Shown here: one piece after another, positions 40,901-52,500 of the stretch
Layout: each line of letters opens with the position of its first letter
Position numbering within the stretch: the first letter of the stretch is position 1
Assembly (NCBI RefSeq): GCF_964355755.1
Contig: NC_092679.1
Coordinates: forward strand, 6,974,201 to 7,038,200
Reading direction: 5' to 3'
DNA: 64,000 bases
Source of the DNA: Antedon mediterranea
Lineage: Eukaryota; Animalia; Echinodermata
Translations under genes and position numbers: made by a program
Notes under the pieces: model-generated
Databases searched by the model: none
What the model was told of the DNA's origin: nothing
Seen by the model: only the letters and a program-made list of their open reading frames with translations

Positions 40901-40905
40901 AACAT
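10937..40905 (-). CDS. Adhesion GPCR with 8 N-terminal LDLa repeats (gene A)
   Basis: In-phase GT-AG exons. Signal 40854-40905. LDLa 40560-40673, 27747-27863, 27246-27362, 26810-26923, 26404-26520, (linker 26153-26206), 25583-25696, 25145-25258, 17397-17513. Stalk/GAIN (16937-16969 uncertain), 16642-16887, 16349-16447, 16068-16131, 15474-15662. GPS 15257-15371 (WSTEGC...[13 protein letters not shown]). 7TM 13222-13328, 12776-12869, 12342-12571, 12052-12118, 11836-11936, 11332-11500, 10937-11023. Confidence 0.88.
13455..14801 (-). mobile_element. Non-autonomous Helitron with (TTTG)n microsatellite
   Basis: A|TCTATATTATAA start, hairpin acccgcc/ggcgggt, CTAG|T end; paralogous empty site at ~42735-42770. 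Confidence 0.88.
14898..15007 (+). mobile_element. Helentron/DINE-1-like short element
   Basis: Sub-terminal inverted repeats agtcgcgtg/cacgcgact, (GTCG/GTCT)n tract, small 3' hairpin, T-rich insertion site. Confidence 0.55.
15805..16030 (+). mobile_element. 5S rRNA-derived SINE (SINE3-like), degenerate
   Basis: gttgaagcaccggttttcgtcagatca...gatgggagaccgcctagaat resembles 5S with an internal deletion; non-5S body and A-rich tail. Confidence 0.55.
17941..22759 (-). mobile_element. AcademX DNA transposon, internally deleted
   Basis: ~630-bp near-identical TIRs (17941-18573 / 22137-22759) with TAG...CTA termini and 3-bp TSD TAG; ORF pieces with XPG-like EEADTR/DTD/GCD motifs and a C-terminal Cys8 finger. 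Confidence 0.85.
18964..21248 (-). pseudogene. Academ transposase remnant (N-terminus + XPG-like nuclease + Cys8 zinc finger)
   Basis: ORFs 20025-21248, 19811-20074, 19319-19807, 18964-19224; GT-AG intron ~19243-19351; abrupt frameshifting jump at ~20040. Confidence 0.8.
22906..24253 (-). mobile_element. Non-autonomous Helitron
   Basis: A|TCTATATATAAATT start identical to the 4563 element; 3' hairpin containing gagcgaagcgagc; CTAG|T end. Confidence 0.85.
24535..25085. repeat. Degenerate ~17-bp minisatellite (cccgtgttcattcctg-like)
   Basis: Recurrent ttcattcctg/cccgtg motifs. Confidence 0.8.
28060..28416 (-). mobile_element. Probable LINE 3' UTR fragment
   Basis: (GAAAC)n tail, stem-loop and composition resembling 1877-2220. 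Confidence 0.45.
31098..36910 (-). mobile_element. CR1-like LINE, 5'-truncated in ORF1 (two CCHC knuckles), split by a MULE
   Basis: [14 protein letters not shown]...[14 protein letters not shown]; APE 35591-36552; RT 31641-32987 (FADD); (ATT)n tail; tcattaa repeated at both junctions. Confidence 0.9.
33172..35590 (-). mobile_element. MULE/Mutator DNA transposon (FLYWCH + MULE transposase), defective
   Basis: ~100-bp TIRs, TSD cctactac; [11 protein letters not shown] and [10 protein letters not shown] motifs; intron ~34150-34497; apparent internal deletion near 34525. Confidence 0.9.
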
Positions 40906-41330
40906 TATGTCGTCACACGTGTACAAAAAACATTTGCCAGCATCCGTATACGTACACCGGGTTTAGGCTACATAGGAGTAACAACAAACAAAATAACGTT
41001 AATTAAATTGCCAAAACCCACTTCATTTGTTTACGTCTACTCTCTAAATACACACAACTGATGTTTTATAATGCAGCAGCCGTTTCTTGAAATGACGTAA
41101 GGTATTAGAACATACCAACCAGTATCAACAAAAAGTCAATTTTCATTGTTTATTTTTAATCACTAGATATCATACACATTATATTCCTTAATGGTTATCA
41201 AATGAATACTCGGACAAGGGGATTTAGTTGTTACAAAGGATAGTTTTATTGTTTAGAATAAGAAACTCATTGAAAGCACAATTTACACTGACAAACGAGA
41301 GTACAAGATAAGACATTCTGCCATTAAATG
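40906..41330 (-). promoter_or_regulatory. Upstream region of gene A, conserved with upstream of gene B (6740-7200)
   Basis: Shared blocks accaaccagtat.aacaaaaagtcaattttcatt and ccttaatggttatcaaatgaata.tcggacaagggga; part locally duplicated at ~41470-41650. Confidence 0.6.
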
Positions 41331-42514
41331 TAAATTTACTATGTATTTAGAAAGCCAATATCTGGTTATCATTTTTTAAATACTGCATTTAGAGTCAAAC
41401 AAATTGCAAAAAGTTTTTTCTTTGCTGAAACATGCTCAATTATATACATATATTATACATACATACATTATGATAGTTTTATTGTGTTTTTTTTTTTTGG
41501 AAATGAAATATTGCCAAAAATAGAAACTCATTGAAAACACAATTCACACTGAAAAAAACGAGAATAAGATAAGATATTTTGCCATTAAAATGTAAATTTA
41601 ATATTTATTTAGAAAGACATTATCTGATTATCAATTTTTAAATACTGCATTATATTAAGCTAGCTAAGTTGCATTTTGGTTCAACTGAAGTATGAAGCGA
41701 ATTGGTCGTGTTCAGCATATGTTTACTTTTTTTTTAATTATTATTTCATTACTATTTTCGACTAGTGCTGTAATTCTTAGTTTTCCTCAAGACTTTTATT
41801 AAAGATTGAACTGGTCATCATTGACTCCATTGAAAAAACATATAAATAATGATTTTCAGTTTCCCTGATACTGCCGTAATGATTTAATAATGGATGTTAT
41901 TAAGGGAAAAGCCACCATGGTTACGATGTATTTCAATGATGCCCATTTATTACAGTAATTTTAAATGTATTCCTTTTGATTTGTTATATCTCTTCATTTA
42001 CCTTTTTTATTTTTCGATAGTGTTTGGATTTCGTTTACCCAACATTTGTTTTAATGTCTTGAAATGAATAAGATGTCCTTATCTGTATAAGCAAAACACT
42101 GAATAATAAAAAATGATAACTTTCTGTAATTGTTACTATTTATTCAGTAAAATATCTGGGTAATATTCTTTAAATACATTTCATATATATCATATCATTT
42201 ATTTCACCAAACATATAACAATACAAGCAAACAGAACAAATGTAGATCAATGAGGCAGGATTACCTAAATGTTATAACAAAAATAACATTCGAAAGGCTC
42301 TCCACAACGAGATGCAAAAATACAATCAGAATCAGGCATTAAGCAGGAAGATGAAATAGCGGATTTGATGCAACATTATGGCGGCAGGATGTGTTTTATT
42401 TGTGCATTAAGCGCCGCATAAGAGCGACGTTATTACGGACACGATTTCAAACGGTATGGTTACCCCTAGAATAAAGCCTGTTGTTGGCGATATACTTTCG
42501 AAAACAGCACCGCA

Positions 42515-42800
42515 AATACCAATTAGCTTACCTTATGCTAATTATCGTAATAAGCGTTATTATGAGAACAACATTGTGCTGTTTGTAAGCATAGATATTG
42601 CCCTATTCTCATCATTTTTTTTCTTTACTTTTTTTTTAAATAACCAAGCAAATAATTAAGGCACTAATTCACTAAAACAAAAATAACGTAGGTAAAAAGT
42701 ATTATTTTACTAAATTAACAGATATGACTTTTATATTAATATTATTATTCTCAGTGACATTTTTATATTTCTCGTCGTGTTTGCAGCTTGGTGATTTATC
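42515..42800 (-). pseudogene. Relic TM1 exon of another adhesion-GPCR copy
   Basis: Similar to 13200-13370 with an internal deletion and a lost acceptor. Confidence 0.75.
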
Positions 42801-42951
42801 ATAAACGTAAAATAATTCTGTTTTTTTCTTTTTATTTTTACTAATTTGTAATGATTTTTTTTCTCGTTTTAATCTGCACCTATTCTAAAAGGTACACAGT
42901 GTATAGTTTTGTTTTTAATCATTATATTATTACATAGTAAAGCAACATAAA

Positions 42952-43230
42952 CTAGAGGGTACTCCGAGAGTACAAACCTCCGCCTACTGTAAAATTCTCC
43001 AACATAAAATGTCCCCGGAAAATTTTTTTTTTCATTTTTTTTTATTAGTTTGAAGTGTAAATAGGCTAACTGCACACTACAAAGTTGTGGATGAGAGTTT
43101 GGTGTAATAGTTATGTATCCAGCCTCTCATAGTGAGGTCGCTGGTTCAATTCCCGGTGAGGTTTTTTTTCATTATTTTTTTTTTTGTGGACCTTCATCTT
43201 TGACCCTGACCCTTCAAAATTTAAACACAA
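42952..43230 (-). mobile_element. Helitron-like 3' end with an adjacent degenerate tRNA-like segment (43090-43162, +)
   Basis: Reverse complement similar to 10796-10866; A box TGGTGTAATAG, B box GGTTCAATTCC. Confidence 0.55.
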
Positions 43231-43595
43231 TTATATGCTATTAGCTTGGTAAAGTCCAAAAGGTTTTGTAGTTTTAAGTTGTAATTCCCAGTGGTTTTCT
43301 TTGTCTTTGGGAGTTTTGTCGCTCCATTTGACATCGTGGTCTATTGCAATAACTCTGAAATTTGCAATCGAGTGACCAGCTAAATTAAAATGTTCGGCTA
43401 CAGGTTGATCAAGCTTTAATGTTTTGATAGCTGATCTGTGTTGTGTCATTCTCATACGAGAGCGTTTTTTGTTTCCCCGACGTACTGTTTGTCACAAATA
43501 TTACAGTATGAGATAAATGAGGTTTTTTTGCTTAGCCAATTAATTGATTGTCTTATCCGAAAAATGCGACCAGTTTGGTTACTCTTAATTTTGTG

Positions 43596-43631
<36 letters not shown>

Positions 43632-43720
43632 CTTAACATAGAAAAAAAGATCAAATATGTTAAAACTGCCTCAACATAAGTTTATTTTTACGACATGTTT
43701 CGGTCATAGCCACCTTTATT
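43231..43720 (-). mobile_element. Penelope-like GIY-YIG fragment beside (TA)n
   Basis: LIYLIL.NICDKQYVGET...RMTQHRSAIK...PVAEHFN; degenerate hammerhead-like gaccgaaacatgtc at ~43692-43706. Confidence 0.8.
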
Positions 43721-43868
43721 CATTCAATGTCATAATTTGTTGATACATCTTTTACCTTCTTTTTTCGTAATACTCTGTTTTTGTATCCTCTTTAATATAT
43801 CATACTTATACTATCAACATTACTGAACCTTATATATAGTTGTTATATATAGTAACATTATTCCATGT

Positions 43869-45970
43869 CTAGTTAAAGACCTTAATATCTGCTATGGGCC
43901 GAATATCATGATAAACGTTATCACAAATCTTCGGACCATCATCACTAAAATATTGTCTAACCATTTCTTTGTCGGCTTGCTGTGTTATATCTAATTTTGT
44001 CCATGTGTATGATTCAACTGTATTGAAATTGGTTTATACCAATATTTTTTTAATATCTTACGGAAAATGCTAAATCTTGACCTCTCATGAGCCAGATACC
44101 AGATATTTCGTTATTGAAGTCTTCACCAAGTATATACACAACAGCAAAACCATACTTGCGAAACTTGTCAAGTCGGTCAATCATGCCTGTAAATATATAA
44201 ACATTATTAGTTTAACACACCCTCCTGTAAATATATAAACATTATTAGTTATTTAGTTATTTAACACACCCTTTATAAGCAGAACACAAACATCAAGTAT
44301 CTCGGACAACATAAAATCTTTGTTCCTGTAGAAACTGCAATAATTAGCATTCTCTTCATACACAAGTGATCAGTGATCTCTAGGTAAATAATTCATTTAA
44401 AGCCAAAATGGAGACGCTAGGATTGTCAGCCTTTGTAATGGATTAGTTAGGTATACCTACTACTATATTATATTAATCCTGGGTGGATATGAATAAAAGA
44501 AATGCAACAAAAGGAGACAGGGTGGTGAATGGTGGGTGGAGACTGAATAAGAGTAGAAAACAAAGAAGATAGCTTGGTAGAGATGTAAACAATTTTGGAA
44601 TGGAACTAAAAAACAGCTTAAACTATATTATATTATATATTTTCCTGCTAAATATATGGTGTTATATCTACTTTGTGTTATTCAGTCACTTGTTATCTTG
44701 AAAATGTTTTGTTGTTTTTTGTCACTAAATGTTATTGTTATAGTAAACGTCTGACGTAACTAACCTGTTTATTGTACTTCATAATGCCAAGGGTTGGGAA
44801 AACCCAGTTACATGCAGACTGCAAGATCTCATTGTCAGCCAAGTTCACAAACATCTGTACCTGCGCTTGATCTTGTACATTGCTGCCTCTTAACGTCTCA
44901 TTAGCAACTGCATAAGGAGAAGTGTTTTTTCCCCATTCAGTTAAATAAAATAAACCAAAAGGTGGATGGACTTATATATAGGAGTTTTTACCCTTTATTT
45001 ATACTTGCAGTCAGAACACGGATGCGACACCTAGGCCTACTGCCAAATTATAGGTACTTAATTTGGCGTCTAAGGCGGCAAATTTCGGGTTGGTTTAAAG
45101 GATGACATAAGAATCGTAAGAAAACTCGCCCTAAAATAATAGGCAAATGGCAATTGTCGTTTAAAACGACAAGGAAAACAAATCACAGCCGAGTAGCCAC
45201 ACCGTCAGCACACCACTACACATAGCCTGTCGATCAAACAAACAATGTTAAACTTTGTATTGATTATTGCGAAAATCTACTCGGCGCAAAAGTTTGGGTT
45301 TGGACTAAATATATAATATTATGAACACAACAAAACTCGGGATTTGCTTGAAGGTCAACGCGGCGGCTCTAGGTATTAATGGTAATCTCCAAAATTGACT
45401 TGTAATAAAAACTTGAAATTTTAGTCCACACCCAAACCTTTATACCAATTTTCAGAGTCGGTGGGTTAACATTTTTTATATTGAAAGTACAGTAGGGCCT
45501 AATTCCCAATCAACTGTTTTTTTAAACGAAATATGACATGTCGAGGATTAAGAACAGAAAGTTAATTTTTCTTCATTAATAAAATATGCAATTTTTATGT
45601 GAATTATTATATTCGGAAAACTTTTAAAGCTAAAAGTAGGATTTCGCAAAACAGTACAGAAACTAAATAGGCTAAGCGTAACCTTTCCAAGGGGAAATTT
45701 CTTTAAAAAGTCAGGAGATGTATCCGTATCTTGCACAACGTTTACGACAGCACCACTGTACTTGGCAGCCGCCTGGATCTTGTATGCCTTGAAATTGTTC
45801 TTAGTGTGTGTAAGAAACGTACAGCGTCTGACAAAAGAAATACAAAATAGGCCTAGTATAAGACTGCATATTATCCTTTTTACATTTGTTTTCAGCTATA
45901 TAGGCCCTATAATTTGTAACGAAATGAAAGTCTATATCAAAGAAACGGTACTTACACCTGAAGCAGACAT
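43869..45970 (-). pseudogene. EEF1G: Unprocessed elongation factor 1-gamma-like pseudogene
   Basis: Exons MSASG (45956-45970); NNFKAYKIQAAAKYSGA...DFLKKFPLGK (45683-45826, frameshifted); VANETLRG...WVFPTLGIMKYNKQ (~44765-44907); RLDKFRKYGF...ISGIWLMRGQDLAF (~44062-44186); ESYTWTKLD...; central exons not found. Confidence 0.8.
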
Positions 45971-46181
45971 GGTTCCCGCACCCACTTTTCAACGATCCAG
46001 GTCGCAAAGTAAACGAGTGCGTGTCGCGTCGTGTTATAAAACACTTTAATTTAATCCTTAAGGATTACTTTTAATTCCCCTTTTCTACAGTAGTAGGTCA
46101 CGTCCAAGGTTTTATTCTAAGTTGCAAATTCAAACCAGGGAAGAGTCTCTTCCCTGTTCAAACGAACCGTGTAGGCTACAG

Positions 46182-48824
46182 CGGTCCGCCTAAAAACCGG
46201 AAAAAACCAAAAAACACCGGAAAAAACCAAAAAATACCGGAAAAAAACAAAAAAATACCAAAAGAAACCGGAAAATACCAAAAAAAATGACTATTTACCG
46301 GAAAAAACAACAGATAGGCTAGTAACAAATAAATTAAATGTGATTTTTGTGTCAAAGTCGATCGTCAAACGCCACAAGTAAACATCTTTGTATAGAGGGC
46401 GCAGTCAGATTATGGTTAAAATAATAATAAAATATAGGCGGCCATTCTTGCTGTAGTTAATCGAGGTCTAAAAAAATAAATATTTACAATACTGTAATAT
46501 TATTATTAATTTTAATCAATATTTTTTTTGTAGGCACGTACGCACCAAGTAGGCTCGTGCGAAAACCTTTGTCTGTATGTGTATTGATTTCATTTTGCTC
46601 TGTAATAATACATTTCATTAATTGTTGATTTAGGTTACAAACTGAGAATTGAAGTGAATGAAATTAAATTTACCATAAAGATAGAAAGGATGAAGGAGGC
46701 AAGGTGTTCAGGCGATCGCATCCGTATTTGAAACAAAAGGATATTCAACCAGTTTGAATCACTGATTGACTATATTAATTACTATTTTTATTTAAACGTA
46801 AACTGGCGTCGTATAAATGAAATTATGATTGGGCCCTTTTCTTTATACTAAGTATCCCACCAAGTACGACTTGTTTAAGTATTATTTTGGCCTATTGTAT
46901 ATTGTGTGGGTTATGATCCTAATTAAGTACAAAAATGTAATTTTGTAACAAAAATACAATAATGTAACACATGCCAGATAAACCTACTTTAATTACATTG
47001 TGGTATCTGGTGCGCGTGTAATCGATGGACTTGTACTGTTCCATCGTACCACTCCGAGAGTGTTAAAGAGTCGCTATCAAATCGGATCTTAACAATACCA
47101 TGAAAGCCCCGGGTAATGGTTACGACATCTGCATATCAAGCAGAAGGTTCCGGGTTCGAATCTCATTCTCACAGATTCCTCTCTTATCGTTTCAAATTAA
47201 TTAATACATTTTCAGTATACACCAGGCTGTTTAGAGTTTATGTTCTATGCATGATGTGTCTATCCATTAGACCACAGGTGCTTTTCACATGGTATTAGTG
47301 GTACGGTGGAAGAACACTAGTGTCCCTCAATTGTCTCAAATTGATTCGCCCTCATTTTTAAGTATTTTATTCACGAACCGGGATCTCCGAAGAGAATTGT
47401 ATATAAGTCGCCCGTGATATACTGAAATTTAATTAATCAATTTGAAACGGTATAAACATGAGGAAATCTGTGAGATTAAAAAAAGACGTCCCAACCAAGA
47501 TTTGCTTGCAGCAGTTTCCGTTTCGTGATTGCTGATTTATTAGTAATATAATATTTACATTCTTGCATAGTTTTTTAACTGTCACTCTGGACACTGATCG
47601 TCATAAATAAATGCACCTCTTTTCTATTTATCCTTTTATGGTGCCGAAACCTTGGATTGAATCAACAGTTCGGACGTAAACTCAATAAATAATGATTGAC
47701 ATGTAAAACTGTTGCCGATTTGATAACCCATGCATGGTTCCTGTGGCATTCACCTTTGTTCGTGGCTATCAAGGTTGTTCCCAGTTTTTGTAAATTTACG
47801 TCATAATATCTACTGTGCATAATAATAATCTAGTCCCAAACTTTTAACATCAATGCAAAGTATGTGTCCTATAAATTGATTTATGTTTTATACTGCGTAG
47901 GGCATACTTGTACCATTGAGGAAAACACGCTAATACCCAGTCATAGTAGGTCTACAACACTCCATCACTTTTTTCAAGGTTTCATTCGGACTGCTTGAAA
48001 CATTAAACATGGTTCTCCATTATTCATAACCAAGACATTTAGATCACATAAACAAAAGCACCAAACTCTTCATGTTCATAATTCATATTTTTTATTACGG
48101 TCGAACTCATAATAAACAAGTTTTGTATTAAATAAATTTCATCACATCTATGAATTAAACTCAATTGAGGCAAATATATGTTATCTATTTTATTCTTGTC
48201 CTCGGTGCTCCTTTTTTTCACCACTGAAAGGAATAATACATAATTAAATGTCATCATAAATAACAGCCAATTACATTTTGAAATACGACCTACAATTTCG
48301 TATCAAATCAAAGATTTTAGGATAGGATTAAGGATAGCTGGCCCACATTCCGTAGACTACCGGTGGAGGTCCTTCTCATCTCATTCAAACATCTAAGACT
48401 TCAATAATATAGCCTATTATGCAACAAATAAAAGAAAGTTATCAACAACTACTTTCATTGGATTTGTGAAATGATATTCCTTAACATTTCATTTAGAGAT
48501 GCGAAGCATAAAATAATATTTATACTGAAGTTTTATGTGAATACATGGACATTTTATTATTTCTAATTGTACAGTTACAATTACACATTCAAAATCAATT
48601 AAATAAATGTATAGAGGGCAGCAATCAGAAAAATCGATATTATTTATAAATGCGCCCTCTATTCGTGAAATATCACAATTCTACAATTTTTTCCGGTAAT
48701 TTCCTGTCTTTTTTCTGGTAAATAGTCATTTTTTTTGGTATTTTCCGGTTTCTTCCGGTAATTTTTTGGTATTTTTTGGTATTTTCCGGTTTTTTTTGGT
48801 TTTTTCCGGTTTTTAGGCGGACCC
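46182..48824. mobile_element. Non-autonomous MULE-like element with repetitive TIRs
   Basis: Termini CGGTCCGCC/GGCGGACCC, ~130-bp TIRs, 8-bp TSD ggctacag; internal degenerate tRNA-like segment ~47103-47170. Confidence 0.8.
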
Positions 48825-49509
48825 GGCTACAGGCAGTAGCTGAAGCAAATAATTTAATAATTTAATCTATTTATTCGTCATCATTTGCTATCAGTGTCGT
48901 TTATATTAGTGGTGCAACCAAAATAAAACAAATGGGCAAACAAATGAAATAAAACAAAACAAAAAAGAAGAGAGAAAACAAAACAAAAGCAACGGAAAAA
49001 ATATATAGGCCTAAATAAAATATATCTGCAGTATAACTTACAATACTGTACATGTGCAAATCAAGTAAATAAAATAAACAGCACAAATTACAATGCAAAG
49101 GCAAAATTAAGTTAAGAAAAAAATAAATAAACTATTTAAATATAAATAAATAAAATAGCTAGGCATACTTAAATAAGGAAAGTGCAAGTCCAGTGCATTA
49201 AAAAAGAAAGGATTCAACTGTTTCTTTTCCATTGTATGTAGGCTATGTATGTTATGTTGATTGGTTGTTGGACTCAATTCGCGGAGGACGACTACTACTA
49301 CTGATTTTTTTGGTGGTGTTTTAGGTTCTTTGAATGGTTTCCCGCAAAAATCATAAATATTTAATTGCAAATCATTTTTCCAAATGTAGCGCCACCTTCC
49401 TTTTCTATAAAATGTAGCGCCATCATATTCTTTGCTATTATCACTAACCATCCATCCGTGTCCGGCGATTCGCGCGGTACTTTGAAAAGAATAGGAGGCC
49501 TATAATAAG

Positions 49510-52500
49510 ATGCTTAAAAAAAAAAGCTTTATTTTGCAGGTAAATAATTATTAACTGTATTATTATTATTATTATTAAATAATAACATACTAACGATCCA
49601 GGGTCAGGCCTAGCTAGGCTACTCTAGAACGGATTTCCACCTAGCTAGGGCCTACTACTACTAGGCTAGGCTAAACCTAGCCTACTAGATAGTAGGCCTT
49701 TTTGGCTAGGCCTACTACCCTAGCTAGGCCTGCCCTAGGTAGGCCTAGGCCTCTAGGCCTACTCTACTACTACTAGCCTAGGCTAAGGCCTCTAGGCTGT
49801 GGTGAAGGTGAGTGACACTACGTATGCCTACTATTATGTGCAAAGTGCAGTAGCGCCGTCTACTATTATTATGCTATCCTACAGGTTTTGTCTTTATATG
49901 ATTCGCCCACAAACAAAGGTAGTCTAGGCTAGGCCAAGCTAGGCCTAGAACTTGTAAAAGATAGATAGTAGTTTTGTATAGTAGTAGTAGTATAGTAGTA
50001 CTAATCACTCAGTCAGAGTACTACTACTACTTAAGCTAGTCTACTCTCTCTACTAGCTAGGGAAGCCTACTGCTATAACTAAGTCAAGAGTAGGCCTAAA
50101 CTTTACTAGGCTAGTAGCCAACCATATGATGTATAGTACTAGTAGTACGTCTAGTAGGCCGGGTCCTACTAAACACCACCAGATACCACCAGATACCTAC
50201 TAGAGCGATAAATCCTACCACCAGAGAGCAGCGGGCAGCCACCTGTTCGGAATTGATTATTAAGGGTATATTGCAAATTTCAAAGCTTAATTCTTTCAGA
50301 AACTGATAAAATTGAAGTTTAAAGTTGAATTTCTCGCCGTCGTATTCCAGAACCGAATGCGTTTGATAAACATTATAGCAACAAAACGAACGCATTCATC
50401 CGTGTCTCTTGTGTATTGTATTCAATGGTCAACTATGAGGCGCTACCGATGAATTTATTTGGTCAATTAAAATCAGAAATTCATTTCTGTACACTATAAC
50501 ATTTATTAAAAATAAATAAAACTTAATGCCAACTACCTTTTGTCAGTGAAGGTAATCGTATGTTAAAATAGAGTAAACTCATTATAGAATAGGAATGTGG
50601 AAAGAGAAAATAAAACAGAAGTTTTAACTTGATATTACCGTGTATTTTATGTCTAAAGAAATATCTGGCCACTGCACTATATGTCAGAGTGGTGAAATAG
50701 AAAATATACAACATTTTTTATTTAATTGCCAATTTATAATAATATAATAACAATTCCTACAGCACCCAGAGTATACGAAAACGATGACAAAGGGAAATAA
50801 TTAAAATTAATCTGCAAAAAAAATGTTATCGTATGCTATTTGTTATGTTATCGTTACCGATTTTGACATACAAAACATGATAAAAACATAATGTCAAAAG
50901 AAAGACTAATCGCGCAATCGATTGGTGTAATTTATGTGACTGACTAAAGTAACAAAAAAGCATCGGTAGCGCCTCATAGTTGACTGTTGAATACAATACA
51001 CAAGAGACACGGATGAATGCGTTCGTTTCGTTGCTATAATGTTTATCAAACGCATTCGGTTCTGGAATACGACGGCGAGAAATTCAACTTTAAACTTCAA
51101 TTTTATCAGTTTCTGAAAGAATTAAGCTTTGAAATTTGCAATATACCCTTAATAATCAATTCCGAACAGGTGGCTGCTCTCTGGTGGTAGGATTTATTGC
51201 TCTAGTTGGTATCTGGTGGTGTTTAGTAGGACCGCTAGTAGGCCTATTATTAGTAGTTACCTTCTTTTTTTATAACTTGACACTTTTTTTCAGATTGGAA
51301 AATATCATGTTTTGCTTTTACAACTAAGCATATATTACAAGAACCGTGGGGAAAGTGGTTGGTTCAATGATCACTGTCTACAGGTAATTTAAACAATTTT
51401 TAAAAATAGCATTCTTCTTAATCTGCACCTACCTAGGCCTATCTATTTTTTACATATTTATATTTAAATTAATTTCTGCAATTTATCTTATGTGAAGGAA
51501 TTGCTAATGTTGTTAAAGGAACCAATTGGAAGAAGATTTGCTGAAAGTCAAACAAAAACCAATAAAATGAGAAAAGATGAGCAAGTTGAGATTGGTAATG
51601 GTAAGATGCATTTTAACAACATTTTCATCATCTTACATTTTGCAAAGATACTGATACTGATAGTGATAAGCCTACATTTTTTTTTATTATTTCAATTTAT
51701 CTCAACTTTTTTTCTTGTTTTTGTTGATGACCCTTCTTAAAGTATCACCCTCAGTTTTCTAGAAAACTAAGATATATTAGGTCTTTTAGTTTATATACGG
51801 CCATACTGGGTTGAAACACTGGTTCTCGTCAGATCACCGAAGTTAAGCAACGTTGGGCCCAGTTGCGTTCTGGATGGGAGACCGAATTTCCTCAATCTCC
51901 TTAGTTTTCTAGACATCCTAGTGTCTTACTAATATTAATAACCTATTTTATCTTTAAAAAATAGGATCCATGATTAAGTATGGCTTTCATTTTGTGGATA
52001 AAGAAGTATATCAATCATTTATACTGCCAGATGAAAGGGGTAATGAAAACTTATTTTCTATCACAGTTTCATTTCTGAATGAAGGTATAAGTTGCGTGTT
52101 TAAAGATAATTACAAATAAATACAGGATATTGGTTGTATACTTTATAGATACATTCAGATCATTGCATTTATTTGATGAAAAGTTAAAAGTAACTGTGTG
52201 TCAAACAACAACAGCAGCAGCAATTGGTGATGACCTGTCGACATCCATTCTGATGAGTTCATCTCAATTGCCCAAAAAACAGCTTGGAATAAGTGACTAC
52301 TTTAGCAAAGAAGAAACAGGAAAATTAGCTACAGAGTCTGCTCATAAAAAAAAGGCCCATCTAAAAAGAATGTAAGTAGACTTATACGTGTTATAGGCCA
52401 CTGCCATTCTTCTAACTGATGTCAAACATCACCCCAAAGATTTATACCTTTATGCATGTAAGATTATTTCTTTTATAAAACAATATAATTATTTTTTATA

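Noticed and set aside
47103-47170. Functional tRNA-Asp(ATC)
   Set aside because: Anticodon arm and B box present, but acceptor and T stems do not pair
49107-49451. 114-aa ORF divergent from SLX4IP (considered as an MKKS-like neighbour, as in human)
   Set aside because: No chaperonin-like similarity or supporting exons recognised; likely promoter-region noise
51793-51884. Functional 5S rRNA gene
   Set aside because: 3' quarter missing and internal control region altered
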